Assembly: GCA_034408725.1 (NCBI GenBank)
Contig: JAWXCN010000067.1
Location: forward strand, 1-24,134
Origin: Candidatus Hydrogenedentota bacterium
Lineage (GTDB): Bacteria > Hydrogenedentota > Hydrogenedentia > Hydrogenedentales > SLHB01
Direction: 5' to 3'
Length of the DNA stretch: 24,134 nt
The notes under the pieces were generated by a model. The model saw only the letters and a program-made list of their open reading frames with translations. It searched no databases and had not been told where the DNA came from. Below are positions 8,496-16,570 of this stretch, in pieces; position 1 is the first letter of the stretch; each line of letters starts with the position of its first letter. Position numbers and translations under genes: made by a program.

Positions 8496-10676
8496 ATGAA
8501 CCATCCTGACGACGCTTCGTATTTCGATTCCGTTCCCCGCGAGGGCGCGTACGACGCGCAGCTTTCCTTTGCCGTGCCGTTTGTCGCGGCGCCGGCGCCT
8601 ATCGCGTGGATTGTCAAACGCGACGGACGCGAAGTACCCTTCGAGCAGCGCAAGATTGCCGACGCTATTTTTAAAGCGGCAAATACAATTGGCGGAGAAG
8701 ACCACGACCGCGCGGCGAGCCTGGCTTCCGGTGTTGTGATTTACCTTGCGAAACACCTTGATGGCGCAACGCCAACCGTCGATCAGGTACACGATGCCGT
8801 CGAGCGTGTGTTACTCGAGATGGGCCATGCGCGGACCGCCCGCGCGTACATGCGCTACCGTGATCGGCGGTTCCGCGCGCGCAGTTTGCGGGCGGGCGAT
8901 GTCAGCGCGATTCTCAGCAAACTGGACGATGCGCAACGGCAGGCGGAAACGCTGGAAGCGACGATCCACGAGCCACTGTTTGTGCGCACGAGCGATGAGC
9001 GCCTTGCAGGCTGGGACCGCGAGCGGATTGTGCTGGCGCTTGTGCGCGAAGCGCGCGTGCCGGAGGACAGGGCGCGCACCGTCGCGCGGGCCGTCGAGGA
9101 GCAGATAGCGCGCGCGGGGTTAACCACCCTCACCGCCGCCCTCGTGCGCGAATTGGTTGACGCGAAACTGGTCGAGCACGGCCTCGAAAAATATCGTAGC
9201 AGGCACATGCGACTTGGCGTGCCGTTGTACGACACGGAACAAATCATTTGCACGCCGAACCAGGGCGAAACCGAAAGCATCCAGGACCCGGCCGCGACCG
9301 ACATCGCGCTGGCGCAGCGCGTGAAACGCGAATTCGCAATGTCCAGCGTCCATTCCGCGGACGTTACCGATGCGCACCTTCGGGGCGACATTCATATCCA
9401 TGACCTCACTCATGTGGACCGATTTCGGAGCGCCGCTCATTCTCTTTTATTTCTAAAACAGTTTGGTCTCGCGGTGTACTCCGGCAAACGTTACGCGCCG
9501 CCTCCCGTGACGATTGAAGCGCTGCTTGCGCAGACCGTGCGGTTCACGTCCGCATTGCAGGGGCATTTTGTCGGACCCATACGGTGGACCGCGTTTGCCC
9601 GCACCATGGGCTCATTGGTCGACGGCGACAACAAGAAAGACATCGAACGGCTTGCGCGCATCACGATATTTGGATTGATGACGCCTACCGGCGCGCAACC
9701 CGTGGACATTGAACTGCCCTGGGACATTGCTGATGACAACGCGCGCGCGTTTACCCTGGCTTTCGCAAAGATATGGTCCACGGTCGTGGATGGCGGCGCA
9801 AATTATGGCGTGCCGCGAATCACGGTCCCCGTATCGCGTGAGGCAATGCGCGATTCAAAATTCCGCGCGCTGCTTGGCCGCGTGCTCCAAACGCACACAC
9901 TCCGCGCGCATGCCGCGATCCGTTTTGAGCGAGACGCGACGGAATACGGACCCGACTGGCCCGCGCGCGATATCGTGGGCGGAGCCGTCACGATCAATTT
10001 ACCGCGCGCCGCCGCGCAGTTGCTCGGCGAACAACATCTATTCGACACGTGTGGCGCGCTCGTGCGCGCGGCCGTGATTGCGCTGGCCGAACGAAAGGCG
10101 TTTCTCGATCGGTTGTATGCATTCGGCGGTGTCGGGCCGATGGCCGCACTTACTTTCAGACACGATGGCCGGGCATACGTCGATCCCGATGCCGCGCAAT
10201 TTGTCGTCGCCATTACGGGACTCAATGAATGCGCGCAGGCGATTACCGGCGAGGAACTGCACCGATCACGCGCAACCGTCGAGTTCGCGCAACGATTGCT
10301 GAAACACCTGCGAACCGAAACCGAAACCTGCGGCGCAAGCGAACGAGTGAATGTAGTGCTGGGCGCGGATGACGACGGCGCGTGCGCGCGACGATTCGCA
10401 ATGCTGGACCTGCACACGATTTCGACGCCCGCCCGCGCATTCATCAAAAACGACAGCATCACGCGAGATGCAACGTACACGCCCGGCGTCGCTTCGATAG
10501 GGAACCTTAGTCCAGTTGATCAACTTCGCGTCGAAGGCGCGTTGCACGCCGGACTTTCCGCGCCCGCAACGTCGTATATCGCGCTTGGAGACGCCGATCC
10601 CTCGCCGGAATCGCTTGTCAATCTGCTTGAAAAGGCGCTGCTGCAAACGAACTGCGCCTCAATGCGGTTTGTATAA
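8496..10676 (+). CDS. nrdD: Class III (anaerobic) ribonucleotide reductase NrdD-like protein with two ATP-cones, catalytically degenerate
   Basis: ATP-cone 1 IVKRDGREVPF...AYMRYR; ATP-cone 2 LFVRTS...WDRERI...VRELVDAKL. Core motifs DAHLRGDIHIHDL, ALQGHF, VTINLPR, GLNE, RRFAMLD, RVEG.LH. No catalytic Cys motifs, Zn ribbon or R[IV]xGY glycyl motif. Start at ATG 8496 (ORF open from 8457). Confidence 0.85.
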   Translation: MNHPDDASYFDSVPREGAYDAQLSFAVPFVAAPAPIAWIVKRDGREVPFEQRKIADAIFKAANTIGGEDHDRAASLASGVVIYLAKHLDGATPTVDQVHDAVERVLLEMGHARTARAYMRYRDRRFRARSLRAGDVSAILSKLDDAQRQAETLEATIHEPLFVRTSDERLAGWDRERIVLALVREARVPEDRARTVARAVEEQIARAGLTTLTAALVRELVDAKLVEHGLEKYRSRHMRLGVPLYDTEQIICTPNQGETESIQDPAATDIALAQRVKREFAMSSVHSADVTDAHLRGDIHIHDLTHVDRFRSAAHSLLFLKQFGLAVYSGKRYAPPPVTIEALLAQTVRFTSALQGHFVGPIRWTAFARTMGSLVDGDNKKDIERLARITIFGLMTPTGAQPVDIELPWDIADDNARAFTLAFAKIWSTVVDGGANYGVPRITVPVSREAMRDSKFRALLGRVLQTHTLRAHAAIRFERDATEYGPDWPARDIVGGAVTINLPRAAAQLLGEQHLFDTCGALVRAAVIALAERKAFLDRLYAFGGVGPMAALTFRHDGRAYVDPDAAQFVVAITGLNECAQAITGEELHRSRATVEFAQRLLKHLRTETETCGASERVNVVLGADDDGACARRFAMLDLHTISTPARAFIKNDSITRDATYTPGVASIGNLSPVDQLRVEGALHAGLSAPATSYIALGDADPSPESLVNLLEKALLQTNCASMRFV

Positions 10677-10720
10677 ACAATTTCACCTAAAGCGCCGCTT
10701 TGGCTATGTATCTCTTGCAC

Positions 10721-13021
10721 TCAATCCCGCGCTGAATGCCACAACATCGAGACCGGCGCCGGCTGCTTCTCTATTCCCGGACCTTCAATAAACAAATCCA
10801 GCGCTTCTTGTCCACCGCTCTCGAAATACTCGACGCGAATGGGATGATAACCCCGTTTCAAGGTGACGATGCCAGAGCGCACCTCGATTTTGTGCAGGCC
10901 GTCACTATCGACGATTACATCATCTCCGAGATACAGTTTACTGCCATCGTTTGACCGCAGATGAAACAGGTACACGCCATCGACCGGCGCGCGGAAGTAA
11001 CCCGCAAACGCGAGTCCGAGCGCTTCGCGGCGCGACGTAACGCTGAGATCGATTGCGTCAGCCACACCTTCTTCAACGGGTGTGAGCGCGGAGAAATCGG
11101 GTAGCGAGTCCCACACACCATCGTATCCGCGAAACTTCAAGCCAGGCTGAAGGCCTTTCGCGGAAACCGCCGTGCGCGCAGGCCCACTCGTAATGGCCTG
11201 ATACTTGTCGAGTTCCTGTTTGTACAATTCTATCGCGCCATTGCTTTCGCGCAGGTTGGTGACGCCGTTGCGCGCGGCAACATCGAAGAACCGTTTTACG
11301 CGCGCGGCAAACTCGGGCCGCACCGACAGCGTGCGCGAGTGTTGATCGATCACGTACATGCGTAAGCCCTCCGTGCGCTCGCGCTCGATGATCGCGTAGT
11401 CCACGCTTAACCGGGCCGCGCGAACGCGCTCGAGGATTTCCGGGTCGCTGGCGACGCGGGATTCCGCCGTGTCCCAGATATGATCGGCGATCTCGAGTAC
11501 GCCATGGTCTAGCAGCGGATGCTGCGGACCAATCCAAATGTCCATGTGAATGTTTCCGGCTTCGGCGCGGTTGTGCAACAGATCAATGTATTCGCGGATT
11601 GAAAGCGCGGCCTTGCCATACACTGCGTCGAGAAACTCATTGATTGCTGTGTCTTCATCGTAATTCGGGTTCCACAACATCTTCGCATTCAGATAACCGC
11701 TGAGCCCCGACAGCTCGCCGTTAAGCGTGGTGTAAACATCCTGCTCGAAGATGCCCTTCACGTTGTTGCGCGCATAGAACTGGATGTTGTCATTGCGCAC
11801 GCGCAGATTCGGGTACGGCATGAAGTAGTCCGAGAATGACGTGTTGTAGTTCCAGACCCAAAGCCGGTTACAGATTTTTCCCCATTCGATTACGTCCTGC
11901 TCGAACGCCACATTCTCCGCGCTGTCGCAGTCCTCGAACGAATGCGCAAAACAACACTCGATACTGCACAGCCGGATGATCACGTTTGGTTCCGCCCGCA
12001 TCGTCTTGGGCGGTTTGCGGGTGTATTGGTAAGCGAGCGTGTCGATGAGTTTGCCGGGAAATTCCTCTGCGACGGCTTTGGCCACATGGTTGGCGAGTTG
12101 AAGGACTGGCGCGATCTGGCTGCCTTCCTTTTCCGCGAGCGCGGTACACGGGTCGCATTCGCAATAGTTCAGCCAGTCGTTTTGCGATACTGAGAACACG
12201 GTAGCTTCGGGATGTTCGCGCATGTTCTTTTGCACCGCTTCTGTCACGATTCGAATCACGTCCGGATTAGTGCAGCACAACTGCGAGCGCTCTTTCAGGC
12301 GCTTGCCTTTCACGAGAGAAAAATATTCGGGGTGCTGATCAAAATATTGATCCGGCGGCAGCAGCATGTTGAACGTGTGTACAAACCCGTAATACGTAAC
12401 CTTGCCGCCGTGCTTTTCTTCGAGTCGCGCCGCGCTGCTGTTCATGCGGTTGCGCGCGGCCCAGTCTCCGTCGTAGCAATCAGCGACGAACGGTTCGCGA
12501 TACTCAAGCACGGGCCGTTCGCTCTGCGTGAACCGGTCCAGCGTCAGCGTCGGCGATTTCGGGATGCGGCTGACCGTTGGCGTGAACCAGCGGCACCCGA
12601 GCTTTTCCTCGAGCAACCCGTACACGCCGTACAACGTGCCGCGCGGTTCACCGCCCGCGATGATCAGGTGCCGGCCCGTTGACTCAATCACATAGGATTC
12701 GTTGCCAATCGAGTCGTAGAGGTGTTTTTCACGGGTGGCCTTGCCAAGCTGCGCATTGCACCCGAGCACAATATCGCCATCGCGCAACCGCTCCGTATCA
12801 GGCACAACCTCGAAAGTCCCGCCGGTAACCTCCCCCAGAAACCGCTGCAATTCCTCGGAGGCATACTTCGTCGAGGCCGGCGCATCCGCCGCGACGACAA
12901 TCCGCGCCTGGGCGACTCCGTCTTTTGCAAGATAATATTCCGGGACCACGGAGCGAGGCGGCGCGGTCGCGCAACCCGCCAGTAGAACGAGAACTAAGCC
13001 AAAAACTGATGCCCGTACCAT
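10721..13021 (-). CDS. DUF4838-type lipoprotein (putative glycoside hydrolase) with a C-terminal PA14 domain
   Basis: Lipobox LAGC, GTLYGVY..LE..LGCRWFTP, YREP, FVHTF, QLCCTNP, ND...CEC..C, TLAYQYT. C-terminal PA14 motifs SNDGSKLY and GYHPIRVEYFE.GG. Confidence 0.85.
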   Translation of the reverse strand: MVRASVFGLVLVLLAGCATAPPRSVVPEYYLAKDGVAQARIVVAADAPASTKYASEELQRFLGEVTGGTFEVVPDTERLRDGDIVLGCNAQLGKATREKHLYDSIGNESYVIESTGRHLIIAGGEPRGTLYGVYGLLEEKLGCRWFTPTVSRIPKSPTLTLDRFTQSERPVLEYREPFVADCYDGDWAARNRMNSSAARLEEKHGGKVTYYGFVHTFNMLLPPDQYFDQHPEYFSLVKGKRLKERSQLCCTNPDVIRIVTEAVQKNMREHPEATVFSVSQNDWLNYCECDPCTALAEKEGSQIAPVLQLANHVAKAVAEEFPGKLIDTLAYQYTRKPPKTMRAEPNVIIRLCSIECCFAHSFEDCDSAENVAFEQDVIEWGKICNRLWVWNYNTSFSDYFMPYPNLRVRNDNIQFYARNNVKGIFEQDVYTTLNGELSGLSGYLNAKMLWNPNYDEDTAINEFLDAVYGKAALSIREYIDLLHNRAEAGNIHMDIWIGPQHPLLDHGVLEIADHIWDTAESRVASDPEILERVRAARLSVDYAIIERERTEGLRMYVIDQHSRTLSVRPEFAARVKRFFDVAARNGVTNLRESNGAIELYKQELDKYQAITSGPARTAVSAKGLQPGLKFRGYDGVWDSLPDFSALTPVEEGVADAIDLSVTSRREALGLAFAGYFRAPVDGVYLFHLRSNDGSKLYLGDDVIVDSDGLHKIEVRSGIVTLKRGYHPIRVEYFESGGQEALDLFIEGPGIEKQPAPVSMLWHSARD

Positions 13022-13237
13022 TGAATAATTCCCTTATAGTGTCCGCCCCAGACAGCAGCGCCATAGGTTGTAAGATTACCTATAAGTGAAATCGTTTGCA
13101 TCCGAGGGGGGACAACGTAGTGTTTACTTGCTCCCACTACTGTCTCAACTTTTGGACGAACGCGACCACTTCCGGGTGTGAAAATTGCCAGAAGCACGTA
13201 TTCGCGGCAAACGTATCTATTCTTTTTCGGAAGTATA

Positions 13238-13246
13238 TGCTAGACT
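13238..13246 (+). promoter_or_regulatory. Possible extended -10 (TGcTAGACT) for the gene at 13286
   Basis: TG-n-TAGACT in an AT-rich intergenic region about 40 nt upstream of the ATG. Confidence 0.4.
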
Positions 13247-13285
13247 AAAAACCCGGATCGAAGCCGAACACGAAAGGGGCAGTCC

Positions 13286-13864
13286 ATGAGGTCGGTTCAT
13301 CATACATTTGGCGTGGCGCTTATTGCGCTTGCAGGACTTGGTGTTTCTGGTGTGGCATACGGCCAGGATGAGATCGAAGTAATTTCGCCTGAGCCGGGCG
13401 ATGCGCCGGTCGCTGTCGAGATCGAGGTGACCCCGGCCGCGAATGAGGCCGTGGAAGTGGTCATTGAAGGGGAAGTGGACGTATCCACGCCGGGCGTGTT
13501 GCCGAGTCCGCTTGATTCGACGGTGGACAGCCGGCCGACACTTGAGCAGCGAGTGGATGACACGAATACGAACGAGGCCATTCGTGTGGCGCCGCGGTCG
13601 CGCAAGAATGTTTACCGCTTGGACAATCTTCCGAACAAACCGCGGATTAAGCCGATTGCGGTAATTCAAGGGCCGGTGTCTCCGTGGGGATACTCGAACC
13701 GGTATATCAATGGTGAAATAAACCGTCAATCTGCGAAAGAGATGCAGGGAAAGGCGCCAGGTCCTGGCTCGGAACGTCAGGGTGGACTCACCGGCGGCAG
13801 TAATAACAGCAGTAGTGGGGGCCGAGGCGGCGGCAGCGCCAGTGCGAGAAGGAACCGTGATTGA
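13286..13864 (+). CDS. Secreted hypothetical protein
   Basis: Signal peptide ending AYG-Q, an acidic V/E/P-rich segment, and a basic Gly/Ser-rich C-terminus. Purine-rich SD-like sequence upstream and a terminator downstream. Confidence 0.75.
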   Translation: MRSVHHTFGVALIALAGLGVSGVAYGQDEIEVISPEPGDAPVAVEIEVTPAANEAVEVVIEGEVDVSTPGVLPSPLDSTVDSRPTLEQRVDDTNTNEAIRVAPRSRKNVYRLDNLPNKPRIKPIAVIQGPVSPWGYSNRYINGEINRQSAKEMQGKAPGPGSERQGGLTGGSNNSSSGGRGGGSASARRNRD

Positions 13865-13899
13865 GTCGGCGTAGTTTCTAATTTCGGTCAAATTGTATC

Positions 13900-13934
13900 C
13901 GGCCCGGTGGTGATTGCCCCGGGCCGTTTTTTTT
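13900..13934 (+). terminator. Rho-independent terminator
   Basis: cggcccgg / ccgggccg stem followed by T8. Confidence 0.88.
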
Positions 13935-13947
13935 GTTTCTGCGATGG

Positions 13948-13978
13948 TGGGAGTGCGTTAGTGAAGCAGCGGTAACGC
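13948..13978 (+). repeat. REP-like palindrome, family A, divergent copy 3
   Basis: tgGGAGTGCGTTA-gtgaagcagcgg-TAACGC: the same GGAGTGCG leader with a different but still paired stem. Confidence 0.5.
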
Positions 13979-14008
13979 CGCGACGATCCAGGAACGCTTT
14001 TTCTTCGG

Positions 14009-14437
14009 CTATTGGGACGCGGAGGCGTTGGTGTCGTCGTGGGCGGTCCACCAGTCTTCGCGGGACAGGGCATTCCAGTAGGCCTGTTCAAAGATTAGTG
14101 AAAACTTGCGCAGGCTGAAAGGTTTCGAGATGTATCCGTCCGCGCCGGCGCGCAACGCCTCGGAGAGCGGGTGATGTTCAGTGTATCCGGTCATGAGAAT
14201 GATGCCTATGCGGGGATACTTCGTGCGCGTTTGGCGGAGTAATTCGAATCCGTTCATTCCGGCCATCTCGATATCGCTAATAACGAGGTCATAGGAATCG
14301 CCGTCCAGCAGTACCAGTGCATCGCGGCCGGCGTTGCAGGTGTTTACGGAATAGCCGCGCGTTTCGAGAAACGCACCGAGCAGATCGATAACGCCCGGAT
14401 CATCGTCAACGACGAGTATTTTGAGATGTCGTATCAA
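14009..14437 (-). CDS. Stand-alone response regulator receiver-domain protein
   Basis: ILVVDDD, phosphoacceptor in ISDIEM, MTG and SKPF; no output domain. Start uncertain (TTG 14437; ORF open to 14491). Confidence 0.9.
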   Translation of the reverse strand: MIRHLKILVVDDDPGVIDLLGAFLETRGYSVNTCNAGRDALVLLDGDSYDLVISDIEMAGMNGFELLRQTRTKYPRIGIILMTGYTEHHPLSEALRAGADGYISKPFSLRKFSLIFEQAYWNALSREDWWTAHDDTNASASQ

Positions 14438-14512
14438 GGCGCCGAACCCATCGTACCGGTGTACGCCGCGTCCCCGATTGCGGCGGAACAAAATGTCAAT
14501 ACTTGTCGAATG

Positions 14513-15154
14513 CTATTGTCCTTGCGCTTCCTGGGCCAGTCGCTGATCCTTGATTTTCATCAGCCGGCTGGTGTTTGAGCGTTCCATCTCGTCCAGCTTA
14601 TTCTTAATATATTTTATCGTTTCCCGCATTCGGGGTATAAACGAGTGTTCGAGAGCATTTACGCGGCGACGGGTCTTTTCGATTTCCTGGGACAGGCGCC
14701 GGACGGACTCCTCAAGTTCAGCCATAAGAAGGAGGGCCGGTAGAAACTGTCGCAAACCGGCAATGGCCTGGTCAAGTTCCATCGAGGTATGCACGGCGCT
14801 GTATCCGCCGCGAACTTCGCCAAATTCAATATCGAGGTGCGGCACGGATATGCTCATCACGCGTCGCATGGACCGCGTGATGGATAAGTCTTGCCGGGTG
14901 TTTTCGAGCGCGTCCTCGGTAATGAGGCGGGAGGAGGTCACCTCGGCCAACACAAAGAGCTTCATGACGCGGGGGAGCTCGGCATCGACGGCTAATCTGT
15001 TTTCCTTGTAGGTCCGGGCGATCTTCATGAACTCTTTCATCAGGCCGTCCAGCTTGTCCTTAAGGAGTTTATGACCGCGCACGGCGACTTGCAGGCGCTT
15101 GCGCAGCCGGAGCATTTCCATGCGGGTGGGGTTGACTGCCAGACGTGTTGCCAT
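14513..15154 (-). CDS. ntpD: V/A-type ATPase subunit D
   Basis: VNPTRME, RGHKLLKDK, EIEKTRRRVNALE. Confidence 0.97.
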   Translation of the reverse strand: MATRLAVNPTRMEMLRLRKRLQVAVRGHKLLKDKLDGLMKEFMKIARTYKENRLAVDAELPRVMKLFVLAEVTSSRLITEDALENTRQDLSITRSMRRVMSISVPHLDIEFGEVRGGYSAVHTSMELDQAIAGLRQFLPALLLMAELEESVRRLSQEIEKTRRRVNALEHSFIPRMRETIKYIKNKLDEMERSNTSRLMKIKDQRLAQEAQGQ

Positions 15155-15169
15155 GTGGGTGTTCTGGCC

Positions 15170-16555
15170 TTATGCCTTATCCGGGTGATATTTTTCGACC
15201 CACTTCTCGCGCACGCGTTTGAGTTCCGCGCGCGGCAACAGGGCGAGCAGTTCCCACCCGATGCGAAGGCTTTCCTCGACGGTGCGGTTTTCGTCTTCAC
15301 CCTGCGCGACGAAACGCGCGTCGAAGGCGTCGGCGAATTTCACATATAACAAATCCGCTTCACTCAGCGCGGATTCGCCTAGCACGATGGCGAGCTCCTT
15401 GGCGTTCTTGCCGCGGGCGTATGCCGCGTAGAGCTGGTTCATGACGTCGGCATGGTCTTCGCGGGTCTTGCCGTCGCCGATGCCTTTGTCTTTGAGCCGT
15501 GACAATGAGGGCAACACGTCCACCGGGGGATAGATTCCTTGCGCATGTATTGATCGGCTGATAATAACTTGGCCTTCGGTGATGTAGCCGGTGAGATCCG
15601 GGATGGGATGCGTCTTGTCGTCTTCGGGCATGGTGAGCACGGGAATCTGAGTGATGGAGCCGTGCTTGCCTTTGATGCGGCCCGCTCGCTCGTAGAGCGT
15701 TGACAAGTCGGTATAGAGATAACCCGGGTAGCCGCGGCGACCGGGAACTTCTTTGCGGGCGGCGGAAATTTCGCGAAGCGCCTCGCAGTAGTTCGTCAGG
15801 TCGGTAAGGATAACCAGGACGTGCATGTCTTTCTCATAGGCGAGGTATTCGGCGGCGGTGAGCGCCATGCGCGGTACTGCGATGCGCTCAATCGGGGGGT
15901 CGTCCGCGAGGTTCATGAAGAGCACGGCGCGTTCGAGCGCGCCGGTGCGGCGAAAGTCCGCGATGAAGAATTCGGATTCTTCGAAGGTGATGCCCATCGC
16001 CGCAAAGATCACGGCAAACCTGTCGCCGGTTTTGAGCACGCTGGCCTGACGCGCGATCTGCGCGGCCAGCCTCGAGTGTGGCAATCCCGAGCCGCTGAAG
16101 ATGGGCAGTTTCTGTCCACGGACAAGTGTGTTCAACAAATCGATTGTCGATATGCCGGTCTGGATAAATTCGTTCGGATAATCGCGCGCGTACGGGTTCA
16201 TCGGGTTGCCGTTGATGTTGAGCCACTTCTCCGGGATGATGGCCGGGCCATCGTCGATCGGGCGGCCGAATCCGTCGAACACGCGGCCGAGCATGTCCGG
16301 GGAGACCGCCAACTCGAGGCCTTTGCCGAGGAATTTTACGCGGAGGTCCCGGGGCGAAAGGCCGCTGGTGCCTTCAAACACCTGCACGAGGGCTTTATTG
16401 CCGCTCACCTCAAGCACGCGCCCGCGCCGGAGCGCTCCATCGGCCTCTTTGATTTCTGTGAGTTCGCCGTAGGTAATGCCTTCGACGCCATCGACAAGGA
16501 TAAGGGGTCCTACGATTTGTTTGACGGTGCGGTATTCTTTGGTAATCGCGGCCAT
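15170..16555 (-). CDS. ntpB: V/A-type ATPase subunit B
   Basis: [43 protein letters not shown]. Confidence 0.98.
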   Translation of the reverse strand: MAAITKEYRTVKQIVGPLILVDGVEGITYGELTEIKEADGALRRGRVLEVSGNKALVQVFEGTSGLSPRDLRVKFLGKGLELAVSPDMLGRVFDGFGRPIDDGPAIIPEKWLNINGNPMNPYARDYPNEFIQTGISTIDLLNTLVRGQKLPIFSGSGLPHSRLAAQIARQASVLKTGDRFAVIFAAMGITFEESEFFIADFRRTGALERAVLFMNLADDPPIERIAVPRMALTAAEYLAYEKDMHVLVILTDLTNYCEALREISAARKEVPGRRGYPGYLYTDLSTLYERAGRIKGKHGSITQIPVLTMPEDDKTHPIPDLTGYITEGQVIISRSIHAQGIYPPVDVLPSLSRLKDKGIGDGKTREDHADVMNQLYAAYARGKNAKELAIVLGESALSEADLLYVKFADAFDARFVAQGEDENRTVEESLRIGWELLALLPRAELKRVREKWVEKYHPDKA

Positions 16556-16570
16556 GTGTGGTTCGCCTTT

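Noticed and set aside
13108-13125. NrdR-box-like gacaacgtagtgt
   Set aside because: Half-site spacing is 2 nt too short, and it is not upstream of an RNR gene.
13217-13891. 224-aa minus-strand ORF
   Set aside because: Antisense to the plus-strand gene that has a signal peptide, SD-like sequence and terminator.
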